A stretch of 64,000 nt of DNA. It comes from Azolla caroliniana. Taxonomy: Eukaryota; Plantae; Polypodiophyta. This document shows, one piece after another, positions 13,075 to 24,841 of this stretch (positions are counted from its first letter, which is position 1; each line of letters begins with the position of its first letter). Location: the NCBI GenBank assembly GCA_043228905.1, contig JBHGNT010000002.1, forward strand, positions 17,980,001-18,044,000. Reading direction: 5' to 3'. The notes under the pieces were generated by a model. The model had not been told where the DNA came from and ran no database searches. It saw only the letters and a program-made list of their open reading frames with translations. A program made the translations under genes and the position numbers.

Positions 13075-14358
13075 TGTGAAATGCACATAAGAGGTCAAAA
13101 CCAACCTACTTAGCTTCTTACTTCTTGATCAATTTATAGTTGATACAAAGGTACCCATTTGGGTTGCCTTAGCTAAAAAGGGTGTGCTAAAAGGGTGGCT
13201 TAAAGGAACACATGCACACCACATTTCCCCCTTGAGAGAAACAAGAGACTAATGAGCAGGAACAAGAGTAGTGGCTTGTCCATCTGTTGGAGATAGAGCT
13301 CCCAAGTGGCACTATCCATGTTGGCAGGTTTCGAATGGACATCAATGGATAATTCTGGTGGGAGGTGAGGGTTACGACCATAGAGTGCTTGAAAAAGGTT
13401 GATCCGTGTCGATGCTTGTACAAATGTATTGTAGGCATGGGTGGCGAAAGACAAGATTTGATCCCAGGTTTTGTGGCATGGATCGATGTAAGCGACAATC
13501 TCCTTCTTGAGGGTCTTGTTGAGGCGTCCGATGAGGCCATTTGTCTGAGGATGGTATGGGGACTTAAACATCTGTTGGACACCTAGTTGAGCTGCAACAA
13601 CGTTGAGGACATCCTTGTGGAACTGGAGGCCCTGATAAGATAATAGTTGGATGGGGCTAGTGACAGAAAACGAGCTAGCAATTGGTGGATAGAGATCAAT
13701 CACTCATGTGGACTAAGGGCCACTTGGACTTGGCTGAGGTGGGGGACAAGAGGGCTATCATGTCGGGGGGTCGGGGAAAGATCAATTGGCGGAGACGGAT
13801 CAATCGCTCCTATTGACTGCGGGTCACCTAGACTTGGCTGAGGTGGGGGATAGGAGGGCTATCGTGTCAGAGGGGAATCGAGGAAAGATCAATTGGCAGA
13901 GAAAGATCAATCGCTCCTTTGGATTGAGGGCCACCTGGACTTGGCTGAGGTGGGGGACAAGAGGGCTATAGGCGGATAGAGATCAATCAAACTTGTGAAC
14001 TGAGGGCCACCTGGACTTGGCTAAGGTGGGGGACAGGTGGGCTATCGTGTAGGAGGGGGATCAGAGAAACTCGTGGGATAAGAAGTTAGTGGGCAACTTA
14101 AGGTGAGGGGGAGAGGTGGATGCTTGGACATGGGGAACTAGTGCCCATCATCTCCACCAATATGTGAAATGCACATAAGAAATCAAAACCAACCTACTTA
14201 GCTTCTCACTTCTTGCTCAATTTATAGTTGATACAAAGGTACCCATTTGGGTTGGCTTAGCTAAAAAGGGTGTGCTAAAAGGGTGGGTCGCCTTAGGTAC
14301 ATTCATCCTAAAAAGGGTGTGTTAAAAGGGTGGCACAAAGGAATGCATGCAAACCACA
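13075..14358 (-). mobile_element. Short internally deleted Gypsy (TRIM-like) element: LTRs 13075-13223 and 14163-14358, 4-bp TSD ATAT, integrase remnant
   Basis: Direct repeats TGTGAAATGCACATAAG...CCACA, minus-strand PBS TGGTGGAGATG (tRNA-Ala-like), PPT AAGGGGGAAA, and ORF 13200-13703 with SPYHPQTNG..RLNKTLK..W...YN...LYGRNP. Confidence 0.8.
13680..14070. repeat. About 75-105 bp tandem repeat (about 4 units) inside the short Gypsy element
   Basis: CCACCTGGACTTGGCTGAGGTGGGGGACA.GAGGGCTAT core repeated four times. Confidence 0.8.
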
Positions 14359-14988
14359 ATATACATCTTGAGTATTCTATTTTCCTATCTATCTTATGTC
14401 TCTTCTCTCCCGTCTTTCATACACACATAACACACATATCTAATCTATTTCGTTGCACAAAATCACGCTCGATTCTTTACATGGTATTAGAGAGATTTGG
14501 TAGCTCGATCTAGCCCATCCTCTTGTGTCGTGTTCTACACTAAAAATTCAAGACGAACCGGCTCATCACTATCATAATGCCACTACATAGCTTGTGTCTA
14601 AGAGAGAAGAAAAAGAAGAAGAAGGAAATCTACATCGACCATCATGAACACTCAAATGGGTAGCTCTCTTCCCAATGAGAAGTTGGACCGAAACAACTTT
14701 GCATCTTGAGAATACAAGATGCACCAATACCTTGTCGGACAAGGCTATTGGGGCTACATTCAAAGAGCACAAGAAACCAAACCCGACCCAAAGGACACTC
14801 AATACTCAACATGGGAGCAAGCGGCGAGTCGAATAATGTATTCCTAGGCGACATGGGTCGATGACCACATGCTTGAATACATTCGTGAAGCCAAGACACC
14901 AAAAGAATCTTGGGAGAATCTCAAGAGGATTTTTGCAGCCATTACGACTGCAAGAAAGCTTCAACTCTATAAAGAGTTGAACAATATC

Positions 14989-16030
14989 TGTTGAGCAAGT
15001 AAGCTCAACTTGGGCCAGATCGGCTGAAGAAGCCGAGAACCGGATCGGACGGAGACTGATCGGTTAGGCCGGAATCGGTTGAAGAAGCTAGGAGTCGGAT
15101 CGGATGGAGACCGATTAGCTAGGCCGGATCGGCGGGGAGCCGGTGAGGCCGTTGAGACACCGATATTCCTCGAAGGAATAATTTTGGGAGTTAGTGTCAA
15201 TAGCTCATTTATGAGCACTCAAGTACTTGTCAGTCCGTTATCAGGTCTTGTATAAGTAGTGCTCATTGAGCACATTATATGTTCACAAAGTCTTTTTTAT
15301 AATAGAATTTTTTGTCATTTGCACTCTCTATCTCAGGCTCTCTCTCTCTCTCTCATATTGTGTATCTCCATTCTCTGCCTATACCTAACTATTGTATCCC
15401 GGAAAACCAATTGTGTGCTTTGTGCTCGCATAACGCTTCTGCATGTAATTCTTTTACATGGTATCAGAGCGTGAGGGTTGAACATCCTCTGTTGCTGACA
15501 AACAATTTCAACACAAAGATGAAGAGTTTTCTCCCGAACAACAGGAGCATGGACAGAGGTATGGGAAGCTCACTTTCGACAAAAAAGCTTGATAGGAGCA
15601 ACTACACATCTTGGTCCTATAAGATGCACCAATACCTGCTTGGGCACGGATATTAGAGCTATGTCGAAGGAGCGAATGAGGCAGCACCAGATGCGATACA
15701 TAAGGACTTTTCAACCTAGGAGCAGGCGGCGAGCAAAGTGATGTACTGCTTTGCATGTAATGTTGAAGATCAACTATTGAGCTACATGAGGGATGCCAAG
15801 ATGCCACAAGATGTGTGGGTGAATTTCAAAAGGATTTTTACCGCAAGCACAATGGCCAAGAAGTTGCAACTCAGGCAAGAGCTCAACAATGTCCCATAGA
15901 AAGATCTGTTTGTGGCCAATTACGCTGCCTAGATCAAGGAGATCTACGACTCTCTCGCCTCCATCAATGTGATCGTAGAGGAGGACAAAATGGTGCACGT
16001 CTGCCTCGGAGGGCTAGCATCTAGATTCGG
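14989..16030 (+). mobile_element. Ty1/Copia 5' LTR (14989-15458), PBS and gag remnant, nested in the preceding gag
   Basis: TGTTGAGCAAG...TTTACA, PBS TGGTATCAGAGC at 15459, gag MDRGMGSSL..KLDRSNY.SWSYKMHQYLLGHGY. Confidence 0.85.
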
Positions 16031-16190
16031 ATCCACAACCCTCAACAAACCACACATCCTCCGGTATGTGCCAAGAACGACGAGCTCGAAGGTGATCAAC
16101 CTTCAATTTCCTCCTCTTCCTTGTCCTCATGACCCATCACTTGCTCGTCTTCTTTGAAGTCATCGAGGTGAGGTTCATCTTCATGCCGCT

Positions 16191-17020
16191 TGTCACGATA
16201 CAATGACATAAAATACAGTCGTTCTAGAGACGCCACCGTCACCATAGTCACAATCATTGCTTCTAGAGACGTTTCCTCATCATTATCATTTTTGCTGCCT
16301 TGTCTTCGACATCATAATTTTCACCTTTTTGGTGGGGATTGCATCAACTACCTGCTTGTGCTACCGTTTGTGTTGTGTTTTGGGTCAACCTCAACTATTT
16401 ACCCTCTCATGATAGAAGAAGCCGAGTTGAACGCTTTGTGTGCACTCCTTTGCTCGTTGGTGTTCCAGTTCCCGGTGAGGACCGTACATGGTCGCTCACG
16501 CTTGTTGGTGTTCCAATCTCCGGTGAGGATCACACATGATCGCTCATGCCTATTGGGGTTCAAGTTCCTGATGAGGACTGCAGAAGGTCGGTCACACCTG
16601 TTGGTGTTCCTAGTGAGGACCGTACATGGTCGCTCACGTTCATTGGTATTCTAGTCTCCGCTCACCCCTACAACACGCTTTCGAAAAGGCAATCGTAAGG
16701 GGAGGATAATGTCACGATACAATGACATAAATACATAGTTGGTGAGGATTGAACTTGCAACCTCGCGTCAACAAGATGCCATGCTCAAGCATTTTGATAT
16801 AAGCATGTATTTATATATCATGTACTTGATCTAGAAATACTCTCTAATCACATACCTCTAGAAAGTTCTAGAACGAGAAGAAGGTTCTAGAGGGTTCTTC
16901 AAAATACTCTAATGCATGTACTTCAACTCATGGTATAAATGCTTGTAACCTCCTTGGCCCCTTTCAATGGATTCAACACCAATCATTGACACATCAATTT
17001 AGTATTCTCATTTCATGCCA
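16191..17020 (+). mobile_element. Gypsy-type LTR relic: partial LTR start at 16191, PPT, LTR 16710 to about 17020
   Basis: TGTCACGATACAATGACATAAA occurs at both 16191 and 16710. PPT AAGGGGAGGATAA precedes 16710. The U3 is TCTAGA-rich. Confidence 0.6.
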
Positions 17021-17660
17021 TATTGTCTCCTTGATCTTTATATTTGTCTTCATGCTGGTGTCATACATAATAATTGTGTTGCCTTCTTCGATCTTCTCGG
17101 GGCGTAGTTGGTGCATCTTGTTGAATCTACCCTTGTTCTTTAGCCTAGTTGCTTTGATCTTCTCTAGTGCCAACTCCAAGTCATCTGGCCTTCTCTCCAG
17201 TTGTCTTATCCTTGTTGCCAGAATCTTCCCGATTCATCTCATTCTCCCACGACATCACTACCTATGATGTGATCATCGGGCATCAATGGTTTTTGACCAT
17301 ACATGAGCTCGACTGGCATGAACCATGTCACCGAATTGTGGGTGGTTCTTTCGGCCCACAAGATATAAGGCAATAATTGCAGCCAGTCTTTGACTCGTCC
17401 TTCGAAGGCTCTGACAATGGCCTTTATCTACGGGTCTATGCCCGTGCTCTATTTGGGTTATAACCAATTGTGAGGGAAAGCTTCACTCCGAGCACTTCAA
17501 AGAGTTCCATAGCTTCATAAGCATTTAACTCTCCCATGTTTGCCTCTATCTTGCCCATGTAACTGTATCGACAGATGATGTCTTTGAGCAAGAACTTGTT
17601 GTGTTGCTTCCGCATACCTCGTGGAAATATTTGTATAAATCAATGGATATTTGCCTCCTG
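17021..17660 (-). mobile_element. Degenerate Gypsy integrase remnant related to the 34378-40754 element
   Basis: LEKIKATRLKNKGRFNKMHQLRPEKIEEG resembles RLKEARIKNKDRFDKMKRIRPRKVQEGD in ORF 36582-39785. Confidence 0.7.
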
Positions 17661-19108
17661 TCGATGTCATTAGCCTTAAGTCAGGACCGGCATATACCCT
17701 TTTGATGGTGAATGAGATACTACCGTGCTTAGCTTTTACCTATTAGTACTTAATGTCTCTCTCCCTCCCTCCCTCCCTCCCTTGCTTTACTGTTTCTTAC
17801 ATAAAGCACCAACGTCCTAGCACAAGCAAATTCATGGATTTTAGCAATGAATGCACTTAAGCGAAGCCCAATGGATATTTTATTCTCTCTATATAGGGTG
17901 ATGCAACATCCTAGCACAAGCAAATTTATGGATTTTGAAATGAGTGGACTTAATCAAAGCCCAAAGGATATTTCAATCTATATAAAAACAAAAGGTGAGT
18001 TAATGGTGACCCTCGTGCAATATGTGCACAACATGGTCCTCTTGGGCACCAAGTGCAATGCTCTTCTCTTCCCAAAACGAACATGGATCTTTCAATCCTT
18101 TCGGCTTTCTCCATCCATATCAACCTTGGATGACACCCATTGCTCCAATTGTTAGTGAGCAAGTACAGATCAATTGAGAACTCAAAATTAAGTTTTTCTT
18201 TCTACTTTTCGCCCCATCACCAATAATCGTTGATTCAACTCTTATTGAGCCAATGCAAGTCAATCGAGAACTCAAAAACTACACTTTTCCCCCTATTTTC
18301 GCTAAATGAAACAATCAGCTCTTCTTTCTACTATTGTAAGGTGGTTTTGTAACAAAGAAGGTATACGTATTATATCTCTACACAAAATCAACCGTTCTTT
18401 TTGTGGGCTATTTATTTAACCAATGACTTCTACCTAATTGCCTTCACATTTTTGCATTGATGATAACAACATTTTCATAGAATTTATTGATATTTCCTAT
18501 TTCACCATGTTGAGTTCCCAAATGGACATGGCTCCAAATGCTTGAACCCATAAAAAGAGTATGCTATGATTAGAGAAAAGTGTCTTCTTCATGTACTTGC
18601 ATTAGATCCGCAAGATTAGATTTAATGTAAAAATGTTGTCAAATGAGAAAATGTTTACTATGTACAGTTTCCTTTTCTTCAAATGTCCGTAGTCATTGTA
18701 ATCTTTGGTACTAATTTTCATGGCAAGCCTTTTATGAAGTTTCACAATTAACATAAATGGGACCGAATATAGCATCATATTACATAAATATGCCAGGAAG
18801 TCATATGGACTTGGGCACATGTTTAGGAAACAGAGATCTATGAACACATGTTCTCATTGGCATTTTTGCTAATTGTAAAATGGTTACATGCTCAGGTATT
18901 ACCATGTTCGAAACTTCTATAAGAGATGTAGTAACTTCGTGAAATGTTTGTTAGTTGAATCCCTTGAAGCAATTGGCAGACTTGGTTTTTCGAATTAGCA
19001 CTATATATCCTTTCCTTTTCTTCTTCTTTTGTTTTTATAAGAATTAACAATATAAACACTTTCCTTTTTGTTCAACCTTCCAAATTGATAAGAGATACAG
19101 AACTTCAC

Positions 19109-19126
19109 TCAAAGCAGCTCAAATAT
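19109..19126 (-). CDS. Stand-alone DEAD-box RecA2 (eIF4A C-terminal-like) gene, last coding exon (IFELL*)
   Basis: Acceptor TTTCCAG, TGA at 19111-19109, in frame with the previous exon. Confidence 0.75.
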   Translation of the reverse strand: MFELL

Positions 19127-19211
19127 CTGGAAAGCCAAAAATACCATTTGAGAAACACTTCAAGAGTGCAAAAAACTTCAAATTTAAGTGACATGAGGAT
19201 GTGCATTTCAC

Positions 19212-19309
19212 CTGGATTGGCATCTCTTCTATGATAAGTCCACAGCCTTCTTCAATGTTTTTGAGGATAGCCACTTCCCCCCCTACTAGCATGCTAATCA
19301 CAATGGCCC
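19212..19309 (-). CDS. DEAD-box RecA2-only gene exon (GAIVISMLVGGEVAILKNIEEGCGLIIEEMPIQ)
   Basis: CAG acceptor and GTGAAA donor, 98 nt completing a phase-1 junction. Resembles the eIF4A C-terminus (IE.MP). Confidence 0.85.
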
Positions 19310-19446
19310 CTGATCAATTACCCCGAAAAAATAACTGTCAGAAAATTCAGAAGAATTCGTAGAAAATTAATTATTAATAGACATCTCATCATTTACAATG
19401 CAGCGGAATTGTTTCCTTCTTGATAGTGAGGCATGAATTAACTAAC

Positions 19447-19501
19447 CTGATGATCCAGTTGAATGTCCCAGACATGCTGCCAATCTCCTCTGGTATACTT
19501 C
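19447..19501 (-). CDS. DEAD-box RecA2-only gene exon (EVYQRRLAACLGHSTGSS)
   Basis: CAG/GTTAGT boundaries, 55 nt, occupies the motif VI position. Confidence 0.8.
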
Positions 19502-19897
19502 CTGGATGGATGAATATTAATAAAGAGAAATGAAACCACAGTGAGAGGTCTCCACCAATCAATGTATAGCCCCTTGCACTTGCATGGATCCCAATATCAT
19601 TGTACTATAGGGGTGCTTTTTTACACCTTCCTATCCACCTAAAGTTTGTAAAGCAACTTGTCACAAGTAACATACAGACCCTATGCCTTGCTAAATGACA
19701 TTGTATCCAGACAGCTTCCTAAGTGTCCCTAAGGTTCGAATGATTACACATTGATCTCATTCCTAATAATAGGACCTCGTACATATACGTCCTTACCTTT
19801 GCAAGATGACAACATTGACCACAGCTTTAAGACTTAACAATATTAAATTATAAGTCTCGTCATCACATGGCATTCAGAGAGAGTAGATTAGAATTAC

Positions 19898-20128
19898 CTT
19901 TTTACCTGGCAGGTCATAATTGATCAGCACTCTTGCACATAAAGGTGCCTCTGAAAGTGCCTGGGAAGGTAAACAAGCATCAGTAACCACAAGGAGATGT
20001 GAATGTGCCTCTTGTAAGTCATTAATGATTCGTTCAGTATTCTCTAGTAAAGATTGATTCCAATCTACAACTGCCCTCTGGAACTTCTCTAGCACAGCAT
20101 GTCGTTCAGCATCAGAAAGATCACTGTG
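19898..20128 (-). CDS. DEAD-box RecA2-only gene exon (HSDLSDAERHAVLEKFQ...VVTDACLP...RVLINYDLPGKK)
   Basis: CAG/GTAATT boundaries, 231 nt, QxxR-like motif and INYDLP motif of the HELICc domain. Confidence 0.9.
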
Positions 20129-20628
20129 CTGGGATAAACACAACACCATTGATGAGATGCAAGGAAGCTAGAATAGGCGATGATCTCAGAAATGCATAAA
20201 AAATATTAATGGACATGTTGGTTTCAATCAGTCAGATACTTTGTGATAGAGCTAAATAAAGCACAGAAACATTGTGAACAATAAGAGACCTAAATTTAGG
20301 ATAATCAGCTAAATTTTGACATAGGAAAACTGTAGCTATCTGGTTAATCTTATTACAGCTCATCCTGCAAAAGGTACAGTCACTAGAAAACGATAGAAAA
20401 GACGGCAGCAACCAGTAAAGACAATAAACACAAACTTAAATTAGTCATGCCATGAATGCCAAGTAATGCTTTATTTAACAGAAACATTGAGCTGATAATT
20501 GCGCTTTCAAATCATTTTGCCAAACAGTCAGTCACTGACTTAAATGTCTCCACAGGAAACAATATCCAAAATTCCAATTACCAAGTCGAGCCAAATAACT
20601 GCAATGCGCAAAAGCATGAAGAGATAAT

Positions 20629-20728
20629 ACCAAAGTTGATTATGAAGTCAAAAGGTTTGAAACTGGCTCTAGAAGTACACCAATGTTGATTATGAAGTCA
20701 AAAGGTTTGAAACTGGCTCTAGAAGTAC
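20629..20728. repeat. 50-bp tandem duplication in an intron
   Basis: GTTGATTATGAAGTCAAAAGGTTTGAAACTGGCTCTAGAAGTAC occurs twice. Confidence 0.9.
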
Positions 20729-21058
20729 CCCAAAATTTTACTCAACGTGCATTCATAGAATCTGCTTTTGTCTTCATTAATTTAAAATTTTCAATGTCTA
20801 GTAGTGACTAGTTAGGTTGATGTTTCAAAAAGGATAAGAGTATTCCTATGTATTCCCAAATAACTAGTTGTAGACCGATTGGAATAATGATATGAGTCTT
20901 TCCAGCTACCTCCTTATTCATTATTACAATTATACATATAATCTCCGGAGTCAGTGGGCAGAGATTGACCCATCAGGTCATGCGACTTACTGTTTATGCA
21001 GCCAGCAGCAACCAGTAAAGACAATCAGCACATTCTGCCAGATATTAACTCAAATATG

Positions 21059-21845
21059 ACCGAGTTCTGGAAACCCAAAAACGATAAAACTAGCAGTATC
21101 CCCTTCTGTATAAAAAAGGGCTTACTTTTTTCTAGCTTTACCACTATAATCTAATAGTTGCGCTATATATGCCCCTGATGTCAAAGAAATACTATTCTCT
21201 TGCAAAGACTTTCTTCAGATTCTCACAACTTCGAGGCAGCCTAGATATTAGCTGTATAGTCGAGCACAAAATGTTATTCTATATACTGCATATTGGCATG
21301 CATATTATTTTCTTTTCCAGACATGTATGGCCCTTCTAGATCACTCTGTCCTGTTGACATTGATCACACTGCATATGTCTTTGTCAATGATATACTTCAT
21401 TTTTCCTGGCAATAAATCTAAAAATGTGCAATTTACCCTTAGTTGAAACAACCGAGTTCTGGAAACCCAAAAACGATAAAACTAGCAGTATCCCCTTCTG
21501 TATAAAAAAGGGCTTACTTTTTTCTAGCTTTACCACTATAATCTAATAGTTGCGCTATATATGCCCCTGATGTCAAAGAAATACTATTCTCTTGCAAAGA
21601 CTTTCTTCAGATTCTCACAACTTCGAGGCAGCCTAGATATTAGCTGTATAGTCGAGCACAAAATGTTATTCTATATACTGCATATTGGCATGCATATTAT
21701 TTTCTTTTCCAGACATGTATGGCCCTTCTAGATCACTCTGTCCTGTTGACATTGATCACACTGCATATGTCTTTGTCAATGATATACTTCATTTTTCCTG
21801 GCAATAAATCTAAAAATGTGCAATTTACCCTTAGTTGAAACAACC
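21059..21845. repeat. Apparently perfect 392-bp tandem duplication in an intron
   Basis: ACCGAGTTCTGGAAACCC... starts at 21059 and 21451, with ACC microhomology at the junctions. Confidence 0.92.
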
Positions 21846-22602
21846 TCTAAGATCACCCAACCTGATCTTAATTTTCAAAGGTAATCTCATTTTTGAACAA
21901 TCTTTACCTTTTTAATATGCATATTGAAATCATTGTCTTCCAAGAGAATATGGAATTTGAAGGAAGGCACGCCTAAAGCATCTAATACTCTGCCGTGCCT
22001 GGAGACTACATCATATCCAAAGTATTCCCAACGATGTGACGTGATGTACTTAGCTGGTTATAAGTCTTCATCTTAGCCCGGGAATGAGCTTGGTTTTAAT
22101 GAGAGTCAATGGTGTGTATCCTACTACATAGAAAGGCAAATCGACAATGTGATTTGTGCCCACATGCATACATCCTCTTTCATAATTCTGAGATCTGATT
22201 CAAAATCATATGGATCATGGAAGGCAACTCTCTGTTTTGTCTTTGTTTCTTACCAGCTGCATTCTTATGCCAGCATATAGAATTTATCATCCCACCCAGC
22301 CCAATTGGCAGAGCGATAACAAAATGAATTCATTACAATGGAGAGACACATCATGAATTAATACCAGAAGAAATAATTCATATAATAAACACAATTTGTT
22401 TCAAAAGTAAGAAAACTTGATAGAAAGCTTCTTCCCTACATAACAAAGATTTATCCATACATGATCATTTTTTCAATTCTTCAAAACAATGATAACAGCA
22501 ATTCTTCTTCATTCCTTTTCCTTTTCCTTTTCTAGTATCATCTTTTAAATAAACAGTGAAGGAAATAATGCGGTCAAGAAACGCTTAGATCTGTGAACTA
22601 AC

Positions 22603-22740
22603 CAGAGAATTGACTGATATGTGCTGAAAAGAAGAGAAATGGCTACACACAGCATCGAGAGAGTCTCTGGAGCTACAACACATTATCAAAGGAAGCCCAT
22701 CTTTTCTTCCCAATACCTTCATCAGATCCACAAGAGTTCC
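22603..22740 (-). CDS. DEAD-box RecA2-only gene exon (GTLVDLMKVLGRKDGLPLIMCCSSRDSLDAVCS...)
   Basis: CAG/GTTAGT boundaries, 138 nt, motif IV-like IMCCSSR. Confidence 0.88.
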
Positions 22741-22903
22741 CTGTTCAAGTTGAAAACGCCAAAAAAGAAACACAGAAAACAATAAAAAACGAAACGAAAG
22801 AAAGTAGCAGAAAACAGGACCACAAAAAGATGAGGAAAAGAGTTCAGACATATATCTGTGAATATGTAAATAAACAGAACAAAATGGAAACAGAATCTGA
22901 TAC

Positions 22904-22981
22904 CATCTTAAGGCGATGACGGTCCACAGCTAAGTAGTAGTGCTTCATGGTCTCCATAGCCAAAGAATGAACTCCCTTCCC
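22904..22981 (-). CDS. DEAD-box RecA2-only gene exon (GKGVHSLA-METMKHYYLAVDRHRLKM), ATG at 22957
   Basis: HYYLAVDR..KM matches the eIF4A-like QFYV.V..K linker. Donor GTATCA and possible acceptor CAG at 22984-22982. Confidence 0.8.
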
Positions 22982-23250
22982 CTGCACCTCCCAAACCTGA
23001 ATTCCTTCCTACTCTCCCTAATGAAAGGTTTGGCCTACTAAGAATATACCATTTCATGTGCTTTGAATAAAAGCAGCCATTTAGACATAATATATCATTT
23101 CATGCGCACTTCACATACTTAACAAGAATCGACAAACTTTGCCAAGTTATGTGAAGGAGATGTTAGGCGCGTGGAATAGCTCGTGTGTTGGGGCCTAGCT
23201 TCAAAAGCACTATATTGTGAGAAGTATGCCACAGTCTCTATGTAGCTTAC

Positions 23251-23286
23251 CGTTGTTCGTCTAACTGATGGAAAAACCTCGCCCAT
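23251..23286 (-). CDS. Putative first coding exon (MGEVFPSVRRTT) of the RecA2-only gene
   Basis: ATG to GTAAGC donor, 36 nt, phase 0, in frame with the exon starting at 22981. No homology support seen. Confidence 0.4.
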
Positions 23287-24096
23287 GTCACTTTGGCCAA
23301 AGCTTTTTTTGGAATGGTTGCCAAATACAATAATATCCGTGAAGTAGCATAGGACTTGTGACGCATCCTAATGCAGAGCTATGAAGATGCGTCCATCTCT
23401 CTTGTAGACTAGTTGAGGTCGTTGGATCATATGTATATCTTGGAGTCACTTTTAGTGCTCACTCAAGTAAATTTTCAATGACACAAGTAGCCAAAGATAG
23501 ACTAACATGAGGATATACATCCCTCTCACTCTTAGAGAGGCAATGCCACTAGGCATACTTTCAGGAGCCACAAACTAAGGGGTGGCTCTTCGACTCATTA
23601 GTGACCCCTTCCCTCATGTATGCATAAGTGTTTTATTGGGCTCAAGGGCTACCACCTTTCATGTGGGTGCAATTAGAGAGACCATTGGTGATGATGTTAT
23701 CATGTCAACTTCGAAGCTAATCGGCAATGTCACATGACATCATTAGAGCAAAGTTCACTTTACCCTTGATGCTAGTAAAAGCACATTTCCAACTTGTAGT
23801 TTTTAATAATAGGATACATAGCCAATCACAAGCTAGGATATCTAGTCAAGATTTCGAGGCATCTTGATCACTCTATGAGTCTGGCAATACTAGCACTATG
23901 GTAAGTTGGCTTTTTGTAAACACCCTAATATTAATAACTTACCTCCTCTTAGGTACAACTAGTGTTGCCTTTTGATGGCTAGCATTGCCTATCATGAGAA
24001 CGGTATTCCAAGAAAATTTGCCCGTCAAATGACGGTTTGTCAAAAAAATTGTCCTTCAAAAAGTAAATACATTGAATATTCGTACTAAACAATATA

Positions 24097-24495
24097 TTAT
24101 ACCCTTCTATCCTTTGCATCTTTCCAAATTTCATATACACGATCCCATTGTATTTCTTCAATACGTGGCCCATTCAATGAGGTTCGCATTGAATCATCTA
24201 AATGTTCTATACTCAATCGATTTCTTTTCATCTCTTTGATAAGATTTTGCTTAGAGAACCTTCTCTCACATGAAATCGTGCTAGATGGAATAACCAAAGT
24301 AGTGTGCCATAATTTCATCAAATGAGGGAAACTATCTTGCCAATCCTTCATTTTGCAAAACATACGCCAAGCTTCATGCATAGTATAGCCTTCACAATAA
24401 AAACGTAAAGTGTCAACAAACCTATAGAGTTCCATTTCACAAGCCTTTGCATCATGTAAATTTTGAAGACATGCATTGACATCAACATTTGGTTG
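24097..24495 (-). pseudogene. hAT transposase C-terminal dimerisation domain remnant
   Basis: W..SFPHLMKLW...LVIPSSTISCERRFSKQNLIK..KRNRLS..HLD. Confidence 0.85.
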
Positions 24496-24797
24496 TGTTG
24501 AGAATCAAGCTCAATTTGGTCGAGTGTGTGAACTCACCTTGAGAGTGAATAGACACTCTAACGGTTAAGAGTCACCATTAAGTCACCACTTTGTATTCTA
24601 GCATTTAGTATGAGTCATAGAATCATATTCTATGACACATAACTTATGAGCTTTCACATTCCCCATGCTCCATGAGTCTTGTAGTTAATGAAGAGAGAGG
24701 GTGAATATATAAAGCACCCTCCTCCCACCTTGTATAGCGCTGAGTCTTTCTCCTTTGTTAATACAATCTATCTTGCGTATACTCTGTGTGTGTGTGT

Positions 24798-24841
<44 letters not shown>

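Larger units (their letters stand above)
12732..14988 (+). mobile_element. Ty1/Copia 5' LTR (12732-14481, interrupted), PBS and gag remnant
   Basis: Starts TGTTGAGAATCAA and is similar to the LTR at 24496. TTTACA is followed by PBS TGGTATTAGAG (14482). A degenerate gag starts near 14644. Confidence 0.8.

Noticed and set aside
13680-14070. CRISPR-like repeat-spacer appearance
   Set aside because: The spacers are related to each other, the context is a plant retroelement, and there are no cas genes.
17847-18155. Possible Copia RT fragment (LVQYVHNMVLLG)
   Set aside because: Only one degenerate motif and no boundaries.
18520-18560. Isolated B-box-like GGGTTCAAGC on minus
   Set aside because: No A box at the correct spacing.
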